Origin: Gemmatimonadota bacterium
GTDB lineage: Bacteria; Gemmatimonadota; Gemmatimonadetes; Longimicrobiales; Gaopeijiaceae
Reading direction: 5' to 3'
DNA: 64,000 nucleotides
NCBI GenBank assembly: GCA_039589315.1
Contig: JBDHHQ010000005.1
Span: 32,001-96,000, forward strand
The stretch's first letter is position 1; every line of letters starts with the position of its first letter. The translations under genes were made by a program, and so were the position numbers. Under the pieces are notes generated by a model. It saw nothing but the letters and a program-made list of their open reading frames with translations, did not search any database and was not told the origin of the DNA. Positions 10,175 through 19,895 of the stretch are shown piece by piece.

Positions 10175-11266
10175 ATGTCGTTCTGGGATACGGAGTTCCT
10201 GGGCAATCCTTTGAGCCGATGGGCGACTGCCGTGGGTGCTGGCGTCGTCGTCATCGTGGTGATGCGGCTCATCGTCGCGGTTGTCGCTCGTCGGATGAGG
10301 AGGTTCGCCGCCGGGACCGCCACCGACGTCGACGACCTGGTCGCCGATCTCGTGGACCGCACCAAGCTGCTCTTCGTCCTGATCGTGGCTCTGTGGGCCG
10401 GCTCCGAGTTCCTCACGCTATCGGCCACGGCCCAGGGTCGCATCCGGGCCGTGCTGATCCTCGGCCTCCTCCTCCAGACCGGCTATTGGACGACCGCGCT
10501 GGTGAACTACGGGCTGAACCGGTACCGCAGGCGGGTCAGAGACGACGACCCCGGTATCGCGACGGCGATGGGGGCGGTGGGGTTCGTCGTCAGGCTCGGG
10601 ATCTGGGCGATCATCGCACTCATTGCACTCGATACGCTGGGGATCGAGATCACCGCGCTCCTGGCGGGCGTCAGCGTAGGCGGCATCGCCGTGGCCCTGG
10701 CAGTACAGAACATCCTCGGAGACCTGTTCGCCGCCCTTTCCATCGTGCTCGACAAGCCCTTCGTCGTAGGGGACTACATCGTCGTCGGGGATTCGATGGG
10801 TACGGTGGAGAACGTGGGTCTCAAGACAACGAGGGTCCGGTCGCTCACCGGCGAGCAGCTGGTCATCGGCAACTCCGATCTGTTGTCCAGCCGGATCCGC
10901 AACTACAAGCGCATGGAGGAGCGGCGCGCCGAGTTTCAAGTGGGCGTCGAGTACGGTACGCCCGCGGAGAAGCTGGAAAAGATCCCGGACATGATCAAGG
11001 AGGCCGTCGAGGCTCGTGAGAACACGCGCTTCGACCGCAGCCATTTCAAGGCGTTCGGGGACTTCGCCCTGGTCTACGAGACCGTGTTCTTCATGACGGT
11101 GCCCGACTACTTCTCCCTGATGGAAACACGGCAGGCGATCAACCTCGAGCTCTACCGGCGCTTCGAGGACGCCGGGATCGAGTTCGCGTTCCCCACCCAG
11201 ACACTGCACGTGCGCACGGGCAGCGGGGGTGCGGCGCCGGGCGGCGGCATGCGGGCGGCGGTCTGA
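10175..11266 (+). CDS. mscS: Small-conductance mechanosensitive channel family protein
   Basis: GIAVALAVQNILGDLFA, DKPFVVGDYI, GTVENVGLKTTRVRSLTGE, GIEFAFPTQT. ATG preceded by a GGAGGG/GGGA RBS. Confidence 0.9.
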   Translation: MSFWDTEFLGNPLSRWATAVGAGVVVIVVMRLIVAVVARRMRRFAAGTATDVDDLVADLVDRTKLLFVLIVALWAGSEFLTLSATAQGRIRAVLILGLLLQTGYWTTALVNYGLNRYRRRVRDDDPGIATAMGAVGFVVRLGIWAIIALIALDTLGIEITALLAGVSVGGIAVALAVQNILGDLFAALSIVLDKPFVVGDYIVVGDSMGTVENVGLKTTRVRSLTGEQLVIGNSDLLSSRIRNYKRMEERRAEFQVGVEYGTPAEKLEKIPDMIKEAVEARENTRFDRSHFKAFGDFALVYETVFFMTVPDYFSLMETRQAINLELYRRFEDAGIEFAFPTQTLHVRTGSGGAAPGGGMRAAV

Positions 11267-11451
11267 ACCCCCGGCGGCTTCCGACTCCTCGGACCTCATG
11301 CGGAAGCCTCCGGACGGCGTCTGTGCCGGGAGCGAGCCCGGACGGCGCGGCCGACGACGATTGGTCCGATGGGCTCGCGACGAGTGAAGCACGATGATAC
11401 AGTCAAGGCGTTACGCACGATGAGACGAAGACCCTCCAGCGGAGCCCCGAG

Positions 11452-11733
11452 TTGATCGACCCCGAGCTTCTGGACATCCTCGTCTGTCCCGAGACGAAAG
11501 AGGCCCTTCGCCTGGCAGACGATGCGCTGCTGGGCCGGGTGAACGCGGCGGTCGCCGCAGGACGGTTGAAGAACCGCGGCGGGCAGGTCGTGGAGCGGGA
11601 GCTGGAGCAGGGCCTGGTCCGGGAGGACGGGCAGGTGCTCTATCCGGTCTGGGACGACATCCCCGTCATGCTGCTGGACGAGGCCGTGCCGTTGGATGGC
11701 CTGGCGCCGTCGTCCGGGGCCGATGACGCGTGA
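11452..11733 (+). CDS. Trm112/UPF0434 family protein
   Basis: IDPELLDILVCPETK ... YPVWDDIPVMLLDEA; TTG start. Confidence 0.85.
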   Translation: MIDPELLDILVCPETKEALRLADDALLGRVNAAVAAGRLKNRGGQVVERELEQGLVREDGQVLYPVWDDIPVMLLDEAVPLDGLAPSSGADDA

Positions 11734-11812
11734 CCCGGAGTCCAGCACTCTGCCACTGCCGTGTGTCAACACAGAGCCGAACACCTCGAGGACCCATCAA
11801 GGGAGATCCGCC

Positions 11813-12853
11813 ATGAAGCGCCTGCTCCTCCTCACTGCGGCCATGACCTTCGCGCTACCTGCCTCGCCGGAAGACGTCACGGCGCAACAGGAGATCCAGA
11901 TCGACGAATGGGAGGTGCCGTGGGCCCAGAGCCGTCCCCGCGATCCCATGGTGGGCCCTGACGGCAAGGTCTGGTTCGTCGGCCAGCGCTCCGACTACGT
12001 CGCGTACCTGGATCCGAACACGGGCGACTTCACCAGATTCGAGCTGGACGAGGGCGCCGGCCCCCACAACCAGGTCGTGGATCCCGACGGGACGGTGTGG
12101 TACACCGGGAACCGAGCCTCCCACCTCGGCAGGCTCGACCCGGAGACCGGCGACATCGAGAAGTTCATGATGCCGGACGAGCGGGCCGGAGACCCCCACA
12201 CCCTGATCCACGACGTGGACGGCAACTTCTGGTTCACGGTCCAGGGCGGGAACTTCGTCGGCTACTTCGACAAGGCGACCGGCAAGACGCGGCTGATCGA
12301 GGCCCCGCAGGTGGAGGGCGGGCGCTCGCCCAGCAGCCGACCCTACGGGATCAAGGTCAGCTCCAAGAACGAGGCGTGGGCCACGCTCTTCAACACCAAT
12401 CTGCTTGCCAGAGTGAACAAGGACGAAATGGAGCTCGACCTGTACGAGCTGCCTGAAGGTGCCCGGCCCCGACGCCTCGTCATCGACTCGCACGACATCG
12501 TCTGGTACGTGGACTACGCCCGTGGCTACCTGGGTCGGCTGGATCCGCAGACCCGGGAGGTCAGGGAGTGGCCGAATCCGGGGGGTGAGGACTCTCGTCC
12601 TTACGGCGTGGCCATCGATGACGACGACCGGGTCTGGTTCGTCGAGACCGGCCTTCAACCGAATCGCTTCGTGGGCTTCGACACGGACACGGAGGAGTTC
12701 TTCAGCGTGACCGAGGTCGGGAGCGGCGGCGGGTCGATACGACACATGTACTTCGATCCCGCTACGAACGTGGTCTGGTTCGGCACGGACGCGAACACCA
12801 TCGGCCGGGCCAACCTGCCGCCGAAGAGGGAAAACGTGACCGACCGGCAGTAG
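11813..12853 (+). CDS. Secreted virginiamycin B lyase (Vgb)-like beta-propeller
   Basis: Signal peptide MKRLLLL; repeats GPDGKVWF, DPDGTVWYT, RPYGIKV, GRLDP; GGGAG RBS. Confidence 0.8.
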   Translation: MKRLLLLTAAMTFALPASPEDVTAQQEIQIDEWEVPWAQSRPRDPMVGPDGKVWFVGQRSDYVAYLDPNTGDFTRFELDEGAGPHNQVVDPDGTVWYTGNRASHLGRLDPETGDIEKFMMPDERAGDPHTLIHDVDGNFWFTVQGGNFVGYFDKATGKTRLIEAPQVEGGRSPSSRPYGIKVSSKNEAWATLFNTNLLARVNKDEMELDLYELPEGARPRRLVIDSHDIVWYVDYARGYLGRLDPQTREVREWPNPGGEDSRPYGVAIDDDDRVWFVETGLQPNRFVGFDTDTEEFFSVTEVGSGGGSIRHMYFDPATNVVWFGTDANTIGRANLPPKRENVTDRQ

Positions 12854-12859
12854 CCTCGC

Positions 12860-13447
12860 TTGAGCTTGCCGAACCTCCCGGGGGCAGCCCTCCAGGCAGG
12901 GGCCGTCCTCGGCTCGCTGCTGGTGGCCGCGTTCGCTCCGTCGCGGGCCCCCCACGCCGAAGGGCCGCCCCTGGGCCACACCGGGGGTTTCGGGGAGCCC
13001 ACGTGTCACGCGTGCCACAATGAGCTGGAGCTCGACGCCGAGGGGAGCGGGCGGCTCGAGCTGGACGGCTTGCCGGAGCGGTACGAGCCGGGCGAGACCT
13101 ACCTCCTGACCATCGTCCTGGCCAGCGAAGGCATGGAGCGTGCCGGGTTCGAGGCCGCCTTCCGGTTCGCAGGCTCTCCGCCGCCGGGCGCACAGGCCGG
13201 CACCCTGGCGGCGGTCGATGACCGGGCCCAGGTGAGCTATCTGGGGCTTACGCCCGTGTACTATGTGCGCCAGACCGAGGCCGGTTCCCAGGGGGCAGCG
13301 GTCGTGTCGTGGACCTTCACCTGGACGGCTCCCGATTCCAGTCAGCCCGTCACCGTTCATTTGGCCGCCAACTCGGCCAACGGCGACAACTCGCCGCTGG
13401 GCGACTTCGTCCTCACCTGGTCGCGCACGGTAGAGTCTGCCCATTGA
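12860..13447 (+). CDS. Secreted Reeler-like (choice-of-anchor V) protein with an N-terminal CxxCH
   Basis: Signal peptide; GHTGGFGEPTCHACH; YEPGETY; WTFTWTAP; AANSANGD. Confidence 0.65.
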   Translation: MSLPNLPGAALQAGAVLGSLLVAAFAPSRAPHAEGPPLGHTGGFGEPTCHACHNELELDAEGSGRLELDGLPERYEPGETYLLTIVLASEGMERAGFEAAFRFAGSPPPGAQAGTLAAVDDRAQVSYLGLTPVYYVRQTEAGSQGAAVVSWTFTWTAPDSSQPVTVHLAANSANGDNSPLGDFVLTWSRTVESAH

Positions 13448-13556
13448 CGCCGGTCTGCCGCTCCGCGGGCGGGCCCGGGCAGCCGTAGGCACCGGCTCGT
13501 CGACACCGTATCGTGGTCGTCGCAGGGATCGTAGCACTACCAGCAAGGATCAGGCG

Positions 13557-14324
13557 ATGCGCCCTTTGGGACTGGTGCGGGTGGGTTTCCTCGTCTTGGT
13601 GACCTTGCCTGGCGGAAACGTCGCCGCGCAGGACACCTGGGAGTGGGACATCGAGGCCGGCGGGAGCGTGTTCTTCGGCGAGGTGGACCAGACGGCGTTC
13701 ACCACGGGTGTGGCGGTGGAAAAGGCCGACAGCGCCTACGAGCTGTCGGCCGGCCTCAGATTCGACTACGGCGAAACCAAGGACCGGGAGACCGGAGCAT
13801 CGGTCGTGAGCCGGCGCTCCTGGCTGGGAAGCGCCTCGCTCGATTGGTCTCCGCAGTCCAGTTGGAGTCCCTTCCTGTTCGGCACCGGCGAGCAGAGCTT
13901 CGAGAAGAGGATCGATTTCCGCTACAACGGCGGCATCGGCTTCAAGCACACCTTCGTCGACGTGGGGGCCACGCGGATCGATCTGAGCGCGGCGGTGTTG
14001 GGGGAGCAGACATTTCCGGACGCGCAGACCGAGTCGAGCCCCAGCAGCGACCCGCTGGCACGCGCTTCGTTCCGTCTGCGGCTCAGGCACGCGTTCGGTG
14101 AGGGCGAGCGTCTGATCTTCGACACTCGCACCTTCTACAGTCCCGAGCTCGGCCAGGCGTCCAACCTCACCTTTCGGTCGCTCAACAGCCTCGATTACCG
14201 CCTCACCAGCGTCATATCAATCGGAGTCAACTTCGACTACGACTACGAGAGCCTGGCCGTGGATCGCGGCGCCCGCTCCAACGACACCGGCAAGGCCTAC
14301 CTGAACCTCAAGGCGACCTTCTAG
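13557..14324 (+). CDS. DUF481/YdiY-like outer-membrane beta-barrel
   Basis: Signal peptide, alternating beta-strand pattern, KRIDFRYNGGIG, C-terminal Phe (YLNLKATF). Confidence 0.7.
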   Translation: MRPLGLVRVGFLVLVTLPGGNVAAQDTWEWDIEAGGSVFFGEVDQTAFTTGVAVEKADSAYELSAGLRFDYGETKDRETGASVVSRRSWLGSASLDWSPQSSWSPFLFGTGEQSFEKRIDFRYNGGIGFKHTFVDVGATRIDLSAAVLGEQTFPDAQTESSPSSDPLARASFRLRLRHAFGEGERLIFDTRTFYSPELGQASNLTFRSLNSLDYRLTSVISIGVNFDYDYESLAVDRGARSNDTGKAYLNLKATF

Positions 14325-15138
14325 ACTCGGGAACGACGATCTCGCCCCGGGCTACCGTCACCGCGCTTCCGCTCAGATGCACCCTCTCGCCCGCGAGCCG
14401 CACGGTGAGCGCGCCCTGTCTCTGGGAGACCTGTCGCGCCTCCATCGTCTCCACCCCGAGCTGGGCGGCCCAATAGGGGGTGAGCGCCGTATGGGCGACG
14501 CCTGTGACCGGGTCCTCGTCGATGCCGACCCACGGACAGAAGAAGCGCGAGACGAAGTCCACCGGTCCGTCCCCGGGGGCGGTGACCGTGACGCCGAGTC
14601 CCCCTTCGCCCAGGTCGATGTCGCCCAGCGCCGAAAACCGGGGCGCCAGGCTCCGGAGGATCGACTCGTCGTCAACGCGGACCACCCAGACGTGCCGGCT
14701 CCGCAGGGACGAAGACGAGGGTGGACAGCCCAACGCCTCGAGGAGGCCCTCCGGGGGGTCTGCCGGGTGTGGCGGGTCCGCCGGGAAGTCCATGCGGAGG
14801 CGGTCGCCGTCCCGATGCACGGCCAGCGGGCCGCTGGCGGACTCGAAACGCAGCGGGCCGGGGTTACCGCCCTCGAAGAGAACGTGGGCCGTCGCCAGCG
14901 TCGCATGTCCGCACAGCGGCACCTCCACGGCGGGGGTGAACCAGCGGAGCCAGCGTCGGCCCTCGTCGTCCAGGCCGGTGAAGGCGGTCTCCGAGAGGTT
15001 CATCTCCGACGCGATCGCCTGCATCGCCCGGGCATCGAGCCGATCCTCGAGCACCAACACGGCCGCCGGATTGCCCGTGAAGGGGCGGTCCGTGAAGGCG
15101 TCCACTTGAAGGAACGGGAGTGTGCATCCTTCGGACAT
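14308..15138 (-). CDS. PhzF family isomerase/epimerase
   Basis: QVDAFTDRPFTGNPAAV, EMNLSETAF, LRWFTP, LCGHATLA, EDPVTG. The 3' end overlaps the convergent DUF481 gene by 17 nt. Confidence 0.92.
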   Translation of the reverse strand: MSEGCTLPFLQVDAFTDRPFTGNPAAVLVLEDRLDARAMQAIASEMNLSETAFTGLDDEGRRWLRWFTPAVEVPLCGHATLATAHVLFEGGNPGPLRFESASGPLAVHRDGDRLRMDFPADPPHPADPPEGLLEALGCPPSSSSLRSRHVWVVRVDDESILRSLAPRFSALGDIDLGEGGLGVTVTAPGDGPVDFVSRFFCPWVGIDEDPVTGVAHTALTPYWAAQLGVETMEARQVSQRQGALTVRLAGERVHLSGSAVTVARGEIVVPESRRSP

Positions 15139-15290
15139 GGGTTCTCCTCGGCGTGGTGTGAGGCCTGTCTTCCTCGCGCGTCCGGCCCGTCTGGCGCTAC
15201 CATATCCGTCCGTACCCTTCGCGGGAAAGAAGGACGTTCGACTCGCGTAACCGTCGGTGCCCGACCGACGCCATCCTCGATCCCGACCTC

Positions 15291-16649
15291 ATGACGGACT
15301 CGTCGCTGACCCTCGATCGCTTCGCGCGCTTCTATGCGCCGCTGGCCGCGACGAGTCTCCTTCTCACGGCGACCAATCCGCTGCTTACGTCCGCCATGTC
15401 CAGGAGCGTGAACCCCGCCACCGCGCTGGCAGGGTTTGGCGTCGCGTTCTCGTTGTGTGGGGTCCTCTACAGCCCCCTCCTCGTTGGACAGCAGGTGGCT
15501 GCTACGAAGCTCCTGAGCGGCAGGCCCTTCGGGCCCGTGCAGGGGTTCTGGATCCGGGTGGGGCTCCTGTTCTCGCTCCTGGCCATGGCCGCCGCCTTCA
15601 CCCCCTTGGGCGAGTGGATCTTCCGGGGTGGGATGGGCGTTTCCGGGGACATCTTCGACGAGGCCCGGCTGGCCCTGGCGTTTCTGGCACCGGTGCCGCT
15701 GTTGACGGCCGTGCGGGCCGTGCATCAGGGCCGTCTCGTGGCCGGCCATCGCACCAACCCCATCGCTTTGGCCACGGGCTTCCGGACCGGGGTGCTCGCC
15801 GCAGTGGCCGTTGCCCTCACCGTGTTGACTCGGGGAGGCGCCTGGGTGGGCGGCGCCGCGTTCACGATGGGCTTGCTGGTCGAGACGGTCATGGTCGCCG
15901 CCACCCGAGCCGGGTCCGACGGCGCCTACCACCCCGTGGCGGCCGAGGGCGTGGAGATGGGCGCACAGGACGACCGGATGCTCCGGTTCTCGACGCCGCT
16001 CATGGTGAACGTCCTGCTGTGGTGGAGCACGCCGCTGCTGATCAACAGCGTCCTGGCCCGGACGCCATTCCCCGCGGAGGCCATCGCAGCGTTCGTGGTG
16101 GTGGAGGCGGTGGCCTGGTTTCTCACGGCTCCCGTCGGGCAATTCCAGCACGTCAGCATCGCGCTGGTGGACCGCAAGGAGGCCCATCGATCCGCCCAGC
16201 GGTGGTCGGTGCTCCTGGCCGGGGCAGTCGCCGTCGCGCTCGCGGTCGTCGCCGTGCCGACGGTTCGCATGCCCGTGCTGCGAGCCGTATTCGATCTGGA
16301 TCCGGGGCTGCTTTCGGACATCGGCGCCGCCCTCCCGCTCGCGGTCTCGTATCCTCTGTTGTACGGACACCGGCAGTACTACCAGGGACTCTTCATCCGC
16401 TGCGGCCGCTCGGACGCGGTGGGCTGGGGCGCGGCGCTGCGAGTCGCCATCGTCCTGGCCGTGGCTCTCGTCGCGCTGGCCCCCCTGAGTCACGCTGGAG
16501 CCGTCCTGGGCGTGCTGTCGGCGGCGGCCGGACTGGCCGTGGAAGGGCTGTTCCTCGAACGCGTCGCCCGCAGGCAGGTGATGCCGATGCTCGCAGCGGC
16601 GAAGCTGGGCAAGCAGGAGTTGCCCGTCGGGGAGGGAGTCACGTCTTGA
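15291..16649 (+). CDS. Multi-pass membrane protein, MATE/MOP (ANKH-like) superfamily
   Basis: About 12 hydrophobic segments in two similar halves (VHQGRLVAGHRT / YYQGLFIRCGRS). Confidence 0.6.
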   Translation: MTDSSLTLDRFARFYAPLAATSLLLTATNPLLTSAMSRSVNPATALAGFGVAFSLCGVLYSPLLVGQQVAATKLLSGRPFGPVQGFWIRVGLLFSLLAMAAAFTPLGEWIFRGGMGVSGDIFDEARLALAFLAPVPLLTAVRAVHQGRLVAGHRTNPIALATGFRTGVLAAVAVALTVLTRGGAWVGGAAFTMGLLVETVMVAATRAGSDGAYHPVAAEGVEMGAQDDRMLRFSTPLMVNVLLWWSTPLLINSVLARTPFPAEAIAAFVVVEAVAWFLTAPVGQFQHVSIALVDRKEAHRSAQRWSVLLAGAVAVALAVVAVPTVRMPVLRAVFDLDPGLLSDIGAALPLAVSYPLLYGHRQYYQGLFIRCGRSDAVGWGAALRVAIVLAVALVALAPLSHAGAVLGVLSAAAGLAVEGLFLERVARRQVMPMLAAAKLGKQELPVGEGVTS

Positions 16650-16672
16650 ATCGATCCGACCGGAGGACGGCC

Positions 16673-17353
16673 ATGAGCTGGCAAGCGACTTCGAGAAGGC
16701 TCAGCCTGCTTCTCGCCTGTCTCGCCGCGGCCTCGGCGTGTGGGGACGGAGCCGGCAGAGACGGGTCGGAGCGTCGGGAGACGCGATCGGGCTCCTCCCT
16801 GCCGGAGGGGTTCGCGCTGCGGCTCGACCGCCCGAACCGGGATCCGGCGGACTTCCGCGTCACCAACGGCGAACGGGGACTCGAGGTGCGGACCGGCCCG
16901 TCGGGCATCCTCTACCGGCCCGACCAGTCCGTGGACGTCGGTGACTTCACCGTCTCCGCCACCTTTACCGAGCTGGGCGCCCCCATGGGCCACCGGGAGG
17001 GCTTCGGTCTCGTCATCGGCGGTCAGGGACTGGAAGGGCCCGACCAGCGCTACACCTACTTCCTGGTGCGGGCGGACGGACGGTACGTGATCAAGAACAG
17101 GGTGGGTCCGTGGACAGAGGAGATCACGGACGGGTGGGTCCCGTCGGAAGCGGTCCGGGTAGCGGCCATGGAGGATGGCGACATATCCAACGACCTCTCC
17201 GTCTCTGTCGTGGGAGATCGGGTGCGCTTCTCGTGCAACGGTGCCGAGGTGGCCGAGGTGCCCGCAGCGGGCCTGAGCATCCACGGGGTCCTGGGTGTCC
17301 GGGTGAATCACAACCTGGTGGTCCGGGTCGACCGGTTCCGGGTGGACCGCTAG
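16673..17353 (+). CDS. Hypothetical lipoprotein, concanavalin/DUF1080-like beta-sandwich
   Basis: GGAGG RBS before ATG 16673; lipobox ASA-C; beta-rich body (GFGLVIGG, YTYFLVR, GVRVNHN). Confidence 0.6.
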   Translation: MSWQATSRRLSLLLACLAAASACGDGAGRDGSERRETRSGSSLPEGFALRLDRPNRDPADFRVTNGERGLEVRTGPSGILYRPDQSVDVGDFTVSATFTELGAPMGHREGFGLVIGGQGLEGPDQRYTYFLVRADGRYVIKNRVGPWTEEITDGWVPSEAVRVAAMEDGDISNDLSVSVVGDRVRFSCNGAEVAEVPAAGLSIHGVLGVRVNHNLVVRVDRFRVDR

Positions 17354-17538
17354 TGTGGTGCCGCAGGAGTCCTGTGCCCTCTAGCGCCCGATGCATCCAC
17401 ACCAGGACCCACTCGCGGCGCGAGGCGGTGCCCGCTGCGCCGCCTCGAATAGCGGTGCTGTCACCCGTCGCCGTGCCTTGCTGGGAGCGGAGCCCCGGCG
17501 CTCTCGGTGGTTACGGGACCTCCGAGGCACCACACCAG
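17350..17538. mobile_element. MITE-like element, 189 bp, with imperfect 27-bp terminal inverted repeats
   Basis: Left end CTAGTGTGGTGCCGCAGGAGTCCTGTG (17350-17376) versus the reverse complement of the right end CTGGTGTGGTGCCTCGGAGGTCCCGTA (17512-17538): 20/27 identical. Internal 11-bp hairpin at 17421-17447. No transposase. Confidence 0.6.
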
Positions 17539-17710
17539 AAGGGGCGTCCACGCCGGTCTCCCGCACACCGGCGCGTCCGCTGTCGCCTCCAGTGGCGCAA
17601 GGAGGGCGCTCGCACAGCGTAGATCATACCGTGCGGGCCGCACCGTCGCAGCATCTTCGACGGGAGGCTCCAGCGGAGCGCTACGCACGTCGGACCTCTC
17701 GAGGAGCAAG

Positions 17711-18451
17711 ATGCGGCTGACACAACTCTGTGCACTGACGATCGTGACCGCCGGCCTCCTGGCGCGCCCGAGCGTGGGCCAGGAACTGGACGGCGGGACT
17801 ACGACGCGCATTCAGGGCGAGGTCCTGGACCTCGAGACGGGAGCTCCCCTCCCGGGCGCCTTCGTCGCCCCCCGTGGGCTCCGTACCGGATCTCTGGCGG
17901 ATTCGCTGGGACGCTTCGTGCTCCACCTGCCCTCGGCGCCGGTCCACTACCTCTACGTCGAGCGTCTGGGCTACGTGACCTCGGAGCTCGACGTCGGGGC
18001 CGTCGAGGGGGAGCGTCCGCTGCAGATCCTCCTGAGGCCGGACCCGGTTCTTCTGGATGGGATCGAGGTCCTGGCGAATCGCTGGGACCGCCGTCGGCGG
18101 TTTTTCGATGGATCGGTGCGGGTCTTCGAGCAGGCGGACCTGGTGCGGTCCGGCGCTATGGACATGCTCTCACTGGTGAAGTCCCGCGCCGGGGCCCACG
18201 TGCGGCGCTGTGGCCCCGGGGGGCTGGAGTTCTGCGTCTGGCGCCGTGGCCGCCTACGGAGAATGGACGTCTGCCTGGACGAGATGCACCTCTTCGACGG
18301 GGGTCGGGCCCTGGAGACATTCAGCCCGCAGGACTTCTACATGGTCGAGGTCTACGACCGGGGAATGCAGGTGCGGGTCTACACGGAGCACTTCGTGGCC
18401 CAGGCTGCCAGCAGGGGCCTGCCCGTGCGCCCCCTGGAGATGGGCTGCTAG
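17711..18451 (+). CDS. Secreted carboxypeptidase-regulatory-like (CarboxypepD_reg) domain protein
   Basis: GAGGAG RBS; signal peptide; IQGEVLDLETGAPLPGAFV, ADSLGRFVL, VERLGY; plug-like tail (MVEVYD). Confidence 0.7.
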   Translation: MRLTQLCALTIVTAGLLARPSVGQELDGGTTTRIQGEVLDLETGAPLPGAFVAPRGLRTGSLADSLGRFVLHLPSAPVHYLYVERLGYVTSELDVGAVEGERPLQILLRPDPVLLDGIEVLANRWDRRRRFFDGSVRVFEQADLVRSGAMDMLSLVKSRAGAHVRRCGPGGLEFCVWRRGRLRRMDVCLDEMHLFDGGRALETFSPQDFYMVEVYDRGMQVRVYTEHFVAQAASRGLPVRPLEMGC

Positions 18452-18488
18452 CTTCACGCCGGGTGGGGACCCCGGCGAGCGCGGCGCT

Positions 18489-19778
18489 CTAGACCCGCCG
18501 CCGTTTCCGCTTCAGGAAGTCCATCATGATGTACTGGCCCAACGTCACCGTCGACGTGAAGTAGGCCTTACCCCTGGCGATCTCGGAGACCTTCTTCACG
18601 AACCGGACCAGGTAGGGGTCTCGAGCCAGCATGAACGTGTTGATGAGCACGCCAGCCTTCCGACACGCCGCGACCTCCCGGTACGTGGCCTTGAGGATCG
18701 TCGGGTCGAGCCCGCCGGAGTTCGTGTAGACGCGGCCATCGGGAAGCGTGATGGCGCTGGGCTTCCCGTCCGTGATCATGATGATCTGCTGCATGTCCTT
18801 CTTCTGAGCGCGCAGCAGTCGTCTCGACAGCTCCAGGCCTTCGGCGGTGTTCGTGTGGTAAGGGCCTACCTGAGCCTGGGCCAGCTGGGACACGGGGATC
18901 TCCTCGGCGCGATCGCCAAAGGTGACGACCCGCAGGCTGTCTCCGGGGAACTGGGTGCGGATCAGGTGCGTGAGCGCCAGAGCCACCCGCTTCGCCGGCG
19001 TGAAGCGGTCCTCGCCGTACAACACCATGGAGTGGGAGACGTCCAACATGAGCACCGTCGCGCACGACGAGCGGTACTCGGTCTGGTGCACCATGAGATC
19101 GGAGTACTCCAGCTTCAGCGGGACGGTCAGCCCCTCTCGCTCGATGGCAGACTTCAGCGTGGCGGGAATGTCCAGGTTGAGGGTGTCGCCGAACTCGTAG
19201 GGGCGGCTCGCGGAGTCGGCCGCCACCCCGGTGGCGAGCTCCGGAGTGTCATGCGATCCGAAGTTGGCCCTGCCGATGGCACCCAGGAGGTTCCGGAGAG
19301 CCCGGTATCCCAGGAAGTCCATGCCCTTGCTGGTCAGGTTGAACTGGACCTGCTGGGCGGCTTCCTTGGCCTCGTCGATCTTGCCCTGTCCCGTGACATC
19401 ATACGTCATGCCCGGCAAGCTGGGCTGACCACCCTCCAGGGTGATGTAGCCTTCTTCCACCATCTTCTGGATCAGCTGGTCCAGCAGCTCGGCGATCTGG
19501 CGCTGCACGTCGGCACGGCCCTCGCCCTCGCCCCGTAGCTCGTCGACCATCTCGGGGGTCAGCTGGCCGCTCTTGAGGAGGGCCTCCAGCAGCGCCTTCT
19601 TGAGGGCATCCACCGAGTCGTCTGCCTCGAGCCCGGACCATCCCCAATAGGGATGGAAGTGGGGCCCGCCCGCGAAGCCGCCGTTGAGCAGGAAGTCCGA
19701 AAGCTGCTCCATGAGGCTCTCGAGATTCAGGGCATCGAGCCAGCGACCCTTGTACTTGGTGTAGGTGGTGAACCGCAC
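18489..19778 (-). CDS. VWA domain-containing protein
   Basis: MIDAS LDVSHSM, TNTAEGL, IMITDGKP. Probable GTG start at 19778 (VRFTTYTKY). Confidence 0.85.
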   Translation of the reverse strand: MRFTTYTKYKGRWLDALNLESLMEQLSDFLLNGGFAGGPHFHPYWGWSGLEADDSVDALKKALLEALLKSGQLTPEMVDELRGEGEGRADVQRQIAELLDQLIQKMVEEGYITLEGGQPSLPGMTYDVTGQGKIDEAKEAAQQVQFNLTSKGMDFLGYRALRNLLGAIGRANFGSHDTPELATGVAADSASRPYEFGDTLNLDIPATLKSAIEREGLTVPLKLEYSDLMVHQTEYRSSCATVLMLDVSHSMVLYGEDRFTPAKRVALALTHLIRTQFPGDSLRVVTFGDRAEEIPVSQLAQAQVGPYHTNTAEGLELSRRLLRAQKKDMQQIIMITDGKPSAITLPDGRVYTNSGGLDPTILKATYREVAACRKAGVLINTFMLARDPYLVRFVKKVSEIARGKAYFTSTVTLGQYIMMDFLKRKRRRV

Positions 19779-19895
19779 TGAGAAGCTCCCGGGTGGGCGT
19801 GTGCCGTCTCGGACCAGTCTAGCGTGCTCGGCCCGTTGGCGCACCGGCCGCGAAGATCGCTGCGCTGCCGAGCGGACAGCCTTAGGTTGGGGCGC

